DNA of 61,293 nt, the filler included, from Sandaracinaceae bacterium (GTDB lineage Bacteria; Myxococcota_A; Polyangia; Polyangiales; JADJQN01), in assembly GCA_947483975.1 (NCBI GenBank). It is 8 parts of 8 records of this genome, joined end to end, with 100 filler letters (N's around TTAATTAATTAA, not from the genome) between each part and the next. Parts side by side here need not be neighbours in the genome. Positions count along the whole stretch, not along the records: positions 7,862 to 15,483 come from CANKOL010000261.1; positions 15,584 to 23,184 come from CANKOL010000262.1; 6 more parts are not named here. One strand, given 5' to 3'. Numbering within the stretch: the first letter of the stretch is position 1; every line of letters starts with the position of its first letter. This document shows, in pieces, positions 8,463 through 17,372 of the stretch. A program made the position numbers and the translations under genes. Under the pieces are notes generated by a model. That model ran no database searches. It saw only the letters and a program-made list of their open reading frames with translations, and was not told where the DNA came from.

Positions 8463-11400
8463 ATGCGCTACCTCTCGCGGCTCTGGATGCCCCTCGCCGC
8501 CTTCGTGGCCGTAGCGATGGCTCTCGGCATCACCTTCGTCTGGCCCCGTCGTAACGGGCTCGACTTCGACATCGACGGCTCGCCGCGCGCGCAGGCCGCG
8601 CACACGACCGCCCCGTACGATCTGACCGAATTGCGCGTGCTGAACGCCGTGATCGTCCACGTGAAGGACCATTACGTCGAGCCTGAGCGCGTGAACCCGA
8701 AGCGGATGCTGCTCGCCGGGCTCAACGCCATCCAGCGCTCGGTCGCGCCGGTGATGATCGACTACACCGAGGGCGCCCCGACGCTGACCGTCCGCGTGAA
8801 CGACGCGCACCGCGAGTTCCGCGTCGACGACGTCCGCGCGCCCTGGGATCTCAGCACGCACTTCCGCCAAATCTTCGCGTTCTTGCAGGAGAATCTCGCT
8901 GGCTCCGACGTCGATCTCCACCAGATCGAGTACTCGGCCGTCAACGGGATGCTCCGCACGCTCGACCCGCACACGGTGCTCCTCACGCCCGAGACCTACA
9001 CCGAGATGCGCATGACGACGCGCGGGGAGTTCGGCGGCCTCGGCATCGTCATCAGCCTCCGCGATGGGCAGCTGACGATCATCCGCCCGATGCCCGGCAC
9101 GCCCGCCTCGGGCGCAGGCCTGTTGCGCGGCGACCGCGTCGTGAAGATCAACGAGGAGGCGACCCTCAACCTGCCGCTCAACGAGGCCGTCAGCCGCCTG
9201 CGCGGCGCCCCCGGCTCGCGCGTCAGCGTGTACGTCGTGCGCGAGGGCGCGAACGGCTGGACCACGCCGCGCCGCTTCGACCTCATCCGCGCGGTCATCC
9301 ACATCGAGTCCGTCGAGTCGCGGATGCTCGGCGGCAACGTCGGCTACATCAAGATCAAGAGCTTCCAGGGCAACACCTTCGAGGATATGCAGCGCGCGCT
9401 CGCGCAGCTTCATCGCCAAGGCGATATGCGCGGGCTCGTCCTCGACCTGCGGGACAACCCCGGCGGCTTGCTCGACCAGGCGGTGCGCATCTCGGACGCG
9501 TTCCTGACGAGCGGCGTCATCGTGACGACCTCGTCGAACGATCCGTCGCAGCGTGACGTGAAGGAAGCCGTCGCCGAGGGCACCGAGCCCAACTACCCGA
9601 TGGTCGTCCTGATCAACGGAGGCTCGGCGTCCGCGTCCGAGATCGTCGCCGGCGCGCTCAAGAACCACGACCGCGCGCTCATCGTCGGGCAGACCAGCTT
9701 CGGCAAGGGCTCCGTGCAGGTCCTCTACGACTACGAGGAAGACGGCTCGGCGCTCAAACTGACCATCGCGCAGTACCTGACGCCGGGGGACCTCTCCATC
9801 CAGGGCGTCGGCATCACGCCGGACATCGCGATCGACCCGATGACCGTGGACGCCGAGGACATGGACCTCACCGTCGACCAAGCGTACCTGCGCGAGTCCG
9901 ACCTGCGCTCGCACCTGACCAACGAGTCCTCTCAGCGCGCCGCCGCGCAGCGCAGCTCCGTCGTGCTCCGCTACTACTTGCCGAAGGATCAGCGCGAGAA
10001 GCTGCGCGAGGCGGGCCCGGACGACAGCGAAGAGAACCAGCAAGAGGACGAGTTCCTCACGCGCTTCTCCCGCGATCTGCTGACGCAGGCGCACCGCCCG
10101 GGTCGGCGCGAGCTCCTGCAGGACGCGGCGCCCGTGCTCGCTACCGCGCGGCAGGTCGAGCTCGACAAGGCCATCGCCGAGCTACAGCGCCTCAACGTCG
10201 ATTGGTCCGCGGGCCGCGACGAAGGCGCCGCGCCGGTCGAGGTCGTCGTCTCGACGAGCGCGCCCGACAACACCGCGACGGCAGGCGAGCCCTTCGAGCT
10301 GCGCGTGCGCGTGACCAACCACGGCACGGTGCCGCTGTATCAGCTGCGCGCCACGACGAAGAGCGACAACCGCCTCTTCGCCGACCGTGAGCTCGTGTTC
10401 GGCAAGGTCGCGCCGGGTCAGACGCGCGAGTGGGCCACGACCCTCGGGGTCTGCGAGACGACCCAGAACCGCCGCTCCTGCCGCCTCCCGGCAGACGTGC
10501 CGGACCGCGCCGACGCGATCCGCGTCGAGTTCGCGGAGGGGCATGACCACGCCCCCCCGCCGGCGGAGGTGCACACGACCGTGCGCTCGCTGCCGCGCCC
10601 GCTGTTCGCCTACAGCCTCCAGATCGCCGACAACATCCGCGGCAACGGCGACGGCGCCGTGCAGCGCGGGGAGGCGCTGACGATGTACCTCCACGTGAAG
10701 AACGTCGGCCAAGGCGCGAGCCGCGAGGGCCAAGCGAACCTCGGCAACCTGAGCGGCGCGGGCGTCCTGCTCCGCGATGGGCGCTTCACGCTGCCGGCGC
10801 TCGCGCCCGGCGCGACGCACGACGTCGCCTTCACCTTCGAGGTGCTCTCCGACTTCGAGGCGGACGAGGCGAAGGTCGAGGTCAGCCTCGTCGACGTCGC
10901 GCTCCGCGAAGGCGTGAGCGAGAAGGTCACCATCCCGGTCGGCGCCGCAGCCTCCCGCGCGCCCCAAGCGCACGCCGGCCACATCACCCTCGCCGACGGG
11001 ACTGCGCTGCGCGGCACGCCGGCGGCCGACGGCACCGTGCTCGGGACCGTCCGCGGAGGCGCCTTCGCGACCGACTCGCAGGCCACGCTCGGCGCCTTCA
11101 CGCGCGTCAACCTCGGCGGCGGTCGGCCGGCGTGGGTCGCGACCTCGGCCGTCGCGACGACGGGCACGGGCGGGCGCATCGTCGAGGAGTACGAGCACAC
11201 TCCCCCGCTCCTCGCGGTGGACTTCGGCAACCTGCTCGTCACGCGCGAGGCGGTCCTCCCGCTGACCGGCCACGCGACCCACCCGTCGCGGATCGCCGAC
11301 ATGTACATCTTCGTCGGCTCGCGGAAGGTCTTCTTCCAGTCGAACCGCGGAGTCGCCAACCCGCGCGAGATCGCCTTCCACACCCAGATTCCGCTCCATG

Positions 11401-11564
11401 GCGGGACGAACTACGTGACCGTGGTCGTCCGGCACGACGACAACGTGATCGGCCGAAAGACCTTCGTGGTCCGTCGAGACGGGCCAAACGGCGAGATTCT
11501 CGAAGCCCCGCGCTTCGAGACGGACGAGCTCGGCGACGAGAGCGACGGCATGCTCGACGAGTGA
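8463..11564 (+). CDS. S41 carboxy-terminal processing protease with PDZ domain and long C-terminal extension (MXAN_5808-like)
   Basis: N-terminal TM; PDZ (GEFGGLGI); DLRDNPGGLL; catalytic SASASEIVAGAL and SFGKGSVQ; C-terminal beta-rich domains. Confidence 0.9.
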   Translation: MRYLSRLWMPLAAFVAVAMALGITFVWPRRNGLDFDIDGSPRAQAAHTTAPYDLTELRVLNAVIVHVKDHYVEPERVNPKRMLLAGLNAIQRSVAPVMIDYTEGAPTLTVRVNDAHREFRVDDVRAPWDLSTHFRQIFAFLQENLAGSDVDLHQIEYSAVNGMLRTLDPHTVLLTPETYTEMRMTTRGEFGGLGIVISLRDGQLTIIRPMPGTPASGAGLLRGDRVVKINEEATLNLPLNEAVSRLRGAPGSRVSVYVVREGANGWTTPRRFDLIRAVIHIESVESRMLGGNVGYIKIKSFQGNTFEDMQRALAQLHRQGDMRGLVLDLRDNPGGLLDQAVRISDAFLTSGVIVTTSSNDPSQRDVKEAVAEGTEPNYPMVVLINGGSASASEIVAGALKNHDRALIVGQTSFGKGSVQVLYDYEEDGSALKLTIAQYLTPGDLSIQGVGITPDIAIDPMTVDAEDMDLTVDQAYLRESDLRSHLTNESSQRAAAQRSSVVLRYYLPKDQREKLREAGPDDSEENQQEDEFLTRFSRDLLTQAHRPGRRELLQDAAPVLATARQVELDKAIAELQRLNVDWSAGRDEGAAPVEVVVSTSAPDNTATAGEPFELRVRVTNHGTVPLYQLRATTKSDNRLFADRELVFGKVAPGQTREWATTLGVCETTQNRRSCRLPADVPDRADAIRVEFAEGHDHAPPPAEVHTTVRSLPRPLFAYSLQIADNIRGNGDGAVQRGEALTMYLHVKNVGQGASREGQANLGNLSGAGVLLRDGRFTLPALAPGATHDVAFTFEVLSDFEADEAKVEVSLVDVALREGVSEKVTIPVGAAASRAPQAHAGHITLADGTALRGTPAADGTVLGTVRGGAFATDSQATLGAFTRVNLGGGRPAWVATSAVATTGTGGRIVEEYEHTPPLLAVDFGNLLVTREAVLPLTGHATHPSRIADMYIFVGSRKVFFQSNRGVANPREIAFHTQIPLHGGTNYVTVVVRHDDNVIGRKTFVVRRDGPNGEILEAPRFETDELGDESDGMLDE

Positions 11565-11581
11565 TCGTGCCGCGTAGGCCT

Positions 11582-11612
11582 GGCGGGCCCCTCGGCCCGC
11601 CGCCACGCTTTA
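11582..11612 (+). terminator. Possible intrinsic terminator after the protease gene
   Basis: GGCGGGCC-CCTC-GGCCCGCC hairpin with only a weak T tract. Confidence 0.4.
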
Positions 11613-11637
11613 CACGCTCTGTCAAGAGTGGTATTCG
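11609..11637 (+). promoter_or_regulatory. Putative sigma70-type promoter
   Basis: TTTACA-N17-TATTCG with a TG extension, upstream of GTG 11679. Confidence 0.35.
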
Positions 11638-11678
11638 CTGCCTGGTTACGGGAAACCCCGGGACTTCGTGGGGGGCAC

Positions 11679-12491
11679 GTGGCCACCAGTAAGCCAAAGA
11701 AGACCGCGAGCAAGCCTGCGCGGGAGACCGTTCTGCCGAAGTCGGCGAACAGAACCGCGCCCTCGGCGGCCAAGAAGACGGCCCAGAAATTGTCCTCGAA
11801 AGCATCTCCCGCGAAGGCCAAGAAGCCAGCCAAGCCCGCGGAATCGAAGAAGAAGTCTCCCGCAGCGAAGGCTGCCCCCGCCAAGGGTTCCGCGGCGAAG
11901 GCCGTGCCTGCCAAGGGCGCGCCCGCAAAGGCCGCGCCCGCAAAGGCCGCGCCTGCGAAGGCTGCGTCGGCCAAGGCCGCGCCGCCCGCGATCGGCACGC
12001 CAGCGAAGGCTGTCCCGACGGCTCCGGTGCGCGGCACGCCCGGGCAGATCATCCCCTCGCCGTCGCGCACTCCCGCCCGCGCCCCCGCCGGCGCAGAGGA
12101 GCTGAAGGCGAAGATCGGCGCCCTCTACGCCGCGACGAGCAACATCAAGGCGCTCAAGCGGTCCATGAGCAAGAGCTTCTGGGAGATCGGCCGCATCCTC
12201 GGCGAGATCCAAGAGAAGAAGCTCTACGAGGTGAAGGGCTACGGCTCCTTCGAAGCGTTCATCGAGCGCGAGATCGACCTCGGCAAGCAGCTGAGTCTTC
12301 GCCTCGTGCGCCTCACCCATGTGTTCGTGCGTGAGGCGGCGCTGAGCGTCGGCTACGACCGTTCGGTCGCGGGTCTCGCGGCGTTCGACGGCGAGACGGA
12401 CGTTCTTTCGAGCTCCCCGTCCGTGGGTACGACGAGCGCTTCGACCGGCTCGTCGACCGGTCGGCAGATGCTCCCGCCCCACAAGGTATGA
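11679..12491 (+). CDS. Histone H1-like Lys/Ala/Pro-rich protein with C-terminal helical domain (DUF3102/plasmid-partition-like)
   Basis: GTG start; N-terminal AKAAP repeats; C-terminal KSFWEIGRILGEIQEKKLYEVKGYGSFEAFIEREIDLGK. Confidence 0.7.
   Translation: MATSKPKKTASKPARETVLPKSANRTAPSAAKKTAQKLSSKASPAKAKKPAKPAESKKKSPAAKAAPAKGSAAKAVPAKGAPAKAAPAKAAPAKAASAKAAPPAIGTPAKAVPTAPVRGTPGQIIPSPSRTPARAPAGAEELKAKIGALYAATSNIKALKRSMSKSFWEIGRILGEIQEKKLYEVKGYGSFEAFIEREIDLGKQLSLRLVRLTHVFVREAALSVGYDRSVAGLAAFDGETDVLSSSPSVGTTSASTGSSTGRQMLPPHKV
11865..11984 (+). repeat. Coding 15-bp degenerate repeats (AKAAP pentapeptide)
   Basis: AKAAP AKGSA AKAVP AKGAP AKAAP AKAAP AKAAS AKAAP. Confidence 0.8.
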
Positions 12492-12537
12492 GCGCGGCTG
12501 ACCTCGCGCGCGCAGCGGACTCGGCGCCGCTCCGGTC

Positions 12538-13866
12538 GTGATTGCCCTGCTCTTCGCGCTGCTCTGCGTAGCAGCGAACGCGTTCTTCGTCGCCGCCGAG
12601 TTTGCCCTCGCGAAGGTGCGTCCGACGTCGCTCGACGCGCTCGCGCGCGCGGGCGACGCGAAGGCGAAGCGTGCCCTCGGCGTCACGCGCCGCCTCGATG
12701 CCTACCTCACCGCGACGCAGATCGGCATCACGCTCGCGTCGCTAGGGCTCGGCTCGCTCGAGCCTGAGCTGGCGTCCGCCATCGCGCCGACCCTCCAGGC
12801 CATCGGCGCGTCGCCCCCCGTCGTGCACGGCGTCTCGCTCACGCTGACGTTTGGCTTCATCACGATCCTGCACATCGTGCTCGGCGAGCTCGTCCCGAAG
12901 TCCGTGGCGATCGCGCAGCCCGAGAACGTCGCCCGTCACACCGCGTTCTGGCTGATCGGCTTCTTCTGGCTGATCTTCCCCGCGCGGGTCGTCCTGAACG
13001 CCATCTGGAACTTCACGCTTCGGCTCGTGGGCTTGCCCCCGACCGAGCACGCGGAGGGCAAGCTCTCGCTCGAGGAGCTGCGCCTCGTCGTGAGGGCGTC
13101 GCTCGGCGCCGAGGGCGAGAAGAAGCGCGAGCTGCTCGAGCGCGTGCTCCGCGGCACCGACCGACCGCTGCGCGCGGTGATGGTTCCGCGCGTCGACATG
13201 ACGACGCTCTCGCTCGAGGACGACTTCCAGAGCGTGCTCGAGCAGGTGCGGCGGCACGGCTTCAGCCGCTATCCGATCGCCGAGCACGGGGATCCGGACA
13301 AGGTCGCGGGCTACGTCTACGTGAAGGATGTGCTGATGGCGGCGAGGCCGCCGCGCGACGGACTGCGCGGGCTCAAGCGCGACGTGCTCTTCGCGCCGGA
13401 GTCGCTCACCGTGGGTGAGCTGCTCGGGCAGTTTCAGCGCACGAAGATCCCCATCGCGATCGTCGTCGATGAGTACGGCGGCACGAGCGGGCTCGTCACG
13501 CTCGAGGACGTCGTCGAGGAGATCGTCGGCGAGCTGCAGGACGAGCACGACTTCGAGCAGCCGCGCATCACGCGCCTCGAGAACGGCACGGTCGTCGTCG
13601 ACGGCTCGCTGCCGTTCGACGAGCTCGCGATCGAGGGGCTCGAGCTGCCGGCGCGCGAGGGCGGCGAGACCATCGGCGGCTACGTCGTCGCGGCCCTCGG
13701 GCGTCTCGCCCACCCGGGCGACCGCGTGCGCCTCGGCGGCTGGGACGCGGTCGTCGAGGACGTGCGCCGCCGTCGAGTGAACCGCGTGTCGTTCGTGCTC
13801 GCGACGGCGACCATGCCGCCGCCCCCGCTGACGCCGCCGCCGCCGAGCGAGGACGAGGACGGCTGA
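12538..13866 (+). CDS. Hemolysin/CNNM family protein (DUF21-CBS-CorC/HlyC)
   Basis: NAFFVAAEFAL, QIGITLASLGLG, GELVPKS, VMVPR, FSRYP, VDEYGGTSGLVTLEDVVEEIVGE. Confidence 0.92.
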   Translation: MIALLFALLCVAANAFFVAAEFALAKVRPTSLDALARAGDAKAKRALGVTRRLDAYLTATQIGITLASLGLGSLEPELASAIAPTLQAIGASPPVVHGVSLTLTFGFITILHIVLGELVPKSVAIAQPENVARHTAFWLIGFFWLIFPARVVLNAIWNFTLRLVGLPPTEHAEGKLSLEELRLVVRASLGAEGEKKRELLERVLRGTDRPLRAVMVPRVDMTTLSLEDDFQSVLEQVRRHGFSRYPIAEHGDPDKVAGYVYVKDVLMAARPPRDGLRGLKRDVLFAPESLTVGELLGQFQRTKIPIAIVVDEYGGTSGLVTLEDVVEEIVGELQDEHDFEQPRITRLENGTVVVDGSLPFDELAIEGLELPAREGGETIGGYVVAALGRLAHPGDRVRLGGWDAVVEDVRRRRVNRVSFVLATATMPPPPLTPPPPSEDEDG

Positions 13867-13887
13867 GGTCGCCCGAGGACGCCTCCG

Positions 13888-14541
13888 CTACTCGAGCGGC
13901 GAGGCGATCGAGAACAGATCCGCGAAGCGCTCGACCCCCGGTGGAAGCGCCCCGTTCGTCCGGCGATGCGCCCAGAGGACCGGCGCGAGCAGGTCGATGG
14001 CGTAGCTCATCGGCATCTCCTCGAAGCGCAGATCCGAGGGCAGGCGCGACACATGCGCCGACGCCGCCGAGTCGTCGACGAGCGGATCGAAGAGCGAGTG
14101 CGTGACGCCCGCGTCGCGCCGCCAGGCGAGCCCGAGCACCTCGACGAAGGTGCCATGCAGCGGCCGCACGAGGAGCACGCCGCCGCGCAGCTCATCCCCC
14201 GCGACGAGCGCGCGCGCGCCGACCGTGGACTCAAGCCCGATGCCGCCCTCGGCGCTGATCGCGTTCGCGATGGCGCGGGCGACCTCCGCGTCCTCCTCGA
14301 CGGCGAGCAGCGGCGCGAGCGCGGCCGACGCCGAGATGCCCTCCGCGCGCGCATCGGCGACGACGGCCTCGACAATCTTCGCGCGAGCGATCAAGTCGAG
14401 CGAACTGTAGGCGAGCGCGAGACCGCGCGCGGCGGCCGGATCGCGCGCAGCCGCCGCGAGCAGCGCGCCAAACGGACCGGCGCGACCGCGACCAGTGTTC
14501 GCCAGCGGAGGTCGCGGGCCGCGGTTGCCAGGGTTGGACAC
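13888..14541 (-). CDS. Hypothetical protein, divergent from the sigma factor gene
   Basis: Protein-like portion of ORF 13888..14745. Start at GTG 14541 is uncertain. Confidence 0.6.
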   Translation of the reverse strand: MSNPGNRGPRPPLANTGRGRAGPFGALLAAAARDPAAARGLALAYSSLDLIARAKIVEAVVADARAEGISASAALAPLLAVEEDAEVARAIANAISAEGGIGLESTVGARALVAGDELRGGVLLVRPLHGTFVEVLGLAWRRDAGVTHSLFDPLVDDSAASAHVSRLPSDLRFEEMPMSYAIDLLAPVLWAHRRTNGALPPGVERFADLFSIASPLE

Positions 14542-14623
14542 AGGCGCGCTCTGTACTCGATCCGCGTCGGCCGGGAAAGGCTTGACGCACTCGGTCGCGC
14601 GCGTGTACTTCCAGGGCTCTGCG

Positions 14624-15289
14624 ATGGCCAGCGAAGCGGACGCGATCGTCAAAGAGTACCAGGGGCTGGTGCGCAGCATCGCGCACAAGATGCGGGCGCA
14701 ATTCGACCTGAACTGCGACCTCGACGACCTCGTCGCGTTCGGCAATCAGGGGCTGCTCGAAGCGATGTCGCGCTTCGATCCGACGCGCGGCGTGCAGATG
14801 AACACGTTCGCGTATTACCGCATCCGCGGAGCCGTCCTCGATGGCGTGCGGCGCATGGCGTACCTGCCGCGCCGCATCCACCACAAGGTGCGCGAGGCCG
14901 AGGCGCTCGACCTCGTCACCGAGCCGATCGGCGAAGCGCGCGCGGCGACGCCGGAGGCCAAGGCCGACCTCGAAGCCACGGCCCAGACCCTCGACGACGC
15001 CTTGTCGCGCGTAACGGCCGGTTTCCTGATGTCGGCCGTCGGCCAGGGCGAAGACGACCAGCCTGAGACTCCGGAAGCGGAGCTGATCGCCGCCGAGACA
15101 CGGGCGCGCGTCACGCGCGCGCTCCAGGGCCTGCCCGAGCGCGAGCGCGCGCTGGTGCAGGGCTTCTACTTCGAGGGGCGGCAGTTCGACGAGGTCGCGG
15201 CCGAGCTCGGCATCTCCAAGAGCTGGGCGAGCCGCCTCCACGCCAAGGCCCTCGACGTGCTGCGCGACGTGCTGGCGCCCGAGGCCTGA
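14624..15289 (+). CDS. FliA/WhiG-family (sigma-28-like) RNA polymerase sigma factor
   Basis: Region 2 DLDDLVAFGNQGLLEAMSRFDPTRGVQMNTFAYYRIRGAVLDGVR; region 4 LPERER...EVAAELGISKSWASRLHAKAL. Region 3 looks shortened. Confidence 0.88.
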   Translation: MASEADAIVKEYQGLVRSIAHKMRAQFDLNCDLDDLVAFGNQGLLEAMSRFDPTRGVQMNTFAYYRIRGAVLDGVRRMAYLPRRIHHKVREAEALDLVTEPIGEARAATPEAKADLEATAQTLDDALSRVTAGFLMSAVGQGEDDQPETPEAELIAAETRARVTRALQGLPERERALVQGFYFEGRQFDEVAAELGISKSWASRLHAKALDVLRDVLAPEA

Positions 15290-15320
15290 GCGGCGCCCAG
15301 CCCACGGCGACCGATCCCAC

Positions 15321-15347
15321 ACAACCGCGCGAGCGACCGGCCGAAGA
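15321..15347 (+). promoter_or_regulatory. Putative sigma-28-type promoter
   Basis: ACAA-N15-GCCGAAGA versus the consensus TAAA-N15-GCCGATAA; lies upstream of a GGAGG RBS and GTG 15377. Confidence 0.45.
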
Positions 15348-15376
15348 CGGTGCGTCTTTCCCTCTGGAGGTCCGCC

Positions 15377-15483
15377 GTGTCCGATCCCATCTCCCGCGCA
15401 GCACGTCCGTCCATCACGCCCGCGTCATCCATCCGCGCCGACCTCGAGCGCACCGGGCCCAGCGCCGCGCCGCGGCCCGCGCC
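15377..15483 (+). CDS. Hypothetical protein, N-terminal fragment
   Basis: GGAGG RBS at 15366; MSDPISRAARPSITPASS...; truncated by the linker. Confidence 0.5.
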
Positions 15484-15583
15484 NNNNNNNNNNNNNNNNN
15501 NNNNNNNNNNNNNNNNNNNNNNNNNNNTTAATTAATTAANNNNNNNNNNNNNNNNNNNNNNNNNNNNNNNNNNNNNNNNNNNN
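15484..15583. other. Artificial contig linker
   Basis: N-run/TTAATTAATTAA/N-run. Confidence 0.99.
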
Positions 15584-16385
15584 CGTGCGCCTCGACGGGC
15601 GCGGCGGGCTCCACGGGGTCGGGCGTCTCGAGCGCGCCTTGCACCCAGCCGACGAGGAACGGCGAGCGCCCAGCGCGGATGGCGGTCCAGTCCTCGCGAC
15701 GCCGCGCGACCTCCACCGTGAGCCCGCGCGTGAGCGCAGGCAGCGTCGCGACGACGTGCCCGCGCGGGTGATCGTAGACCTCGACCGCGCGCCCCGAGGG
15801 CAGCCGCGCGCGCTCGACCTCGGTCGCCGCGACCGCGGGCACCTCCACGACGTCCGCTCCGACGGCGCTCGCCGGGAATGAGCCCTCGAACGGGCCGACG
15901 GCGGGCTCGGGCGTGAGGCCGAAGCGTGGGCTCGCCTCGAGGACCATGCGTCCCCCGTCGGCTGCGCCGCGCACGCCGATGAGATCGTTGACGCCGAGCG
16001 TCAGCGGCGCGCCCCGCAGCTTCCCGCGCTGGTGCACGCGCCCCGCGAGGCGCGCGAGCGGGAGCCACGCGCGCACCTTGAACGGCCCGTCGATGCGCAC
16101 GGGGATGCGGTCGCCCTGCGGCGCGCCGACCACGCGCACGCGCACGTTCTCTGCGATGTAGCCGATCGCCGCGGCGGTCGCGTCGGGCCCGTTGAAGAGC
16201 GCCGGCCCGTGGCCTTCACCGACGAGCAACTCCTCGGGCCAGCCTTCGGGCGCGCCCGACGCGGTGGTCGTGCCCGACTCGCTCGCGCCACCGCAGGCAG
16301 ACGCGAAGAGCGACAAGCAGAGCGCCGCACAGGCAGCGGGGGAGACGGACCAAGTCGTGGAGGGGCAGGGCGGCACGCGGCGCAT
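15584..16385 (-). CDS. Hypothetical lipoprotein (3' truncated)
   Basis: Hydrophobic signal ending FASAC, then SH3-like beta segments; start uncertain. Confidence 0.6.
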
Positions 16386-16452
16386 GGCCGGGTGTTTACC
16401 CGTTCCGCGTGCATCTGGCGAGCGCGCGGAACGCGTCAGCGCGCGCCCTGCG

Positions 16453-17256
16453 TCAAGGCGCGAGGCGGCGCAGCTTGATCCCGAGGAACTCGGCGAGCTT
16501 CTGCGCGACCGGTCGCGGCAGTTCTCCGACGCGTCCCTCGACCACGGCGCGCGCGCGCGCATGAGGCTCGCCCTTGAGCGCGGGCAGGACGATCTCCGTC
16601 CAGCGCACGAGCGTCTTCGCGTCCGCCTGACCGAGCGCGAGATCGAGCACGGGCTCGAGGCGCTTCTGGTACGCGACCGACGCCGAACACAGCGCCGCGA
16701 ACGTGCGCACGAGTCCGTCCTTGCCCGCGGGCGACGCCGCGGAGAACGCGTCCGTCAGCAATTGCAGGTGCCGCGCGACGCGCGCCGGCGCGAGGCGGGC
16801 CATGTGGGGGAGCGCCGCCGCGCACGTCTGCACGACGCGGGGGTTCTCGCCGAGCACGCCCGTCACGAAGCGATCGATCACGGTGACCAGCATCTCGGGC
16901 TTGAGCCCGAGGACCTCCTCGAGCACGCGCGCGGCCTGCGTCGCGGTCGCCGCGCGCTCGTCGAGGAGCTGCGCGCCGAGCGTCGTGATCTGCCCCATTT
17001 GCTGCTCGTTGACGATCGCCGCCGCCGCCGCGCTCGCGCCCGACAACGGCTTCGAGTCGCCCGCAGGGGGAGCCAGCGGAGGTTCGAGAGGAGCCATCAC
17101 GACCGCGATCTCTTCGACCGGCACCGGCACCGGCGCGGGCGTCGGCTCAGCGATGGGTTCCACGGGACTCTGCGTCGCGCGCGCACCACCGGAACCGCCG
17201 CCAGGCTTCTTGGCAGGCGACTTTGGCACGGTTTTCGGGGCGACTTTCCGGGGCAT
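16453..17256 (-). CDS. Hypothetical protein with HEAT/ARM-like helical repeats
   Basis: ATG 17256 with GGAAGGA RBS; Pro/Lys-rich N-terminus, then amphipathic helical repeats. Confidence 0.65.
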   Translation of the reverse strand: MPRKVAPKTVPKSPAKKPGGGSGGARATQSPVEPIAEPTPAPVPVPVEEIAVVMAPLEPPLAPPAGDSKPLSGASAAAAAIVNEQQMGQITTLGAQLLDERAATATQAARVLEEVLGLKPEMLVTVIDRFVTGVLGENPRVVQTCAAALPHMARLAPARVARHLQLLTDAFSAASPAGKDGLVRTFAALCSASVAYQKRLEPVLDLALGQADAKTLVRWTEIVLPALKGEPHARARAVVEGRVGELPRPVAQKLAEFLGIKLRRLAP

Positions 17257-17372
17257 GAGCGTCCTTCCGCGACGGTGAACCGTGCCGCGCCGCGCAGGAT
17301 AGCACCCGCGACGCCGGTGTTGTGCGTTCGATTGTCGACACCTGCCGGTCACCCCCATGACACCCTCGGCCG

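Noticed and set aside
14582..14611. sigma70 promoter (TTGACG) before the FliA-like gene
   Set aside because: No convincing TANNNT at 16-18 nt spacing.
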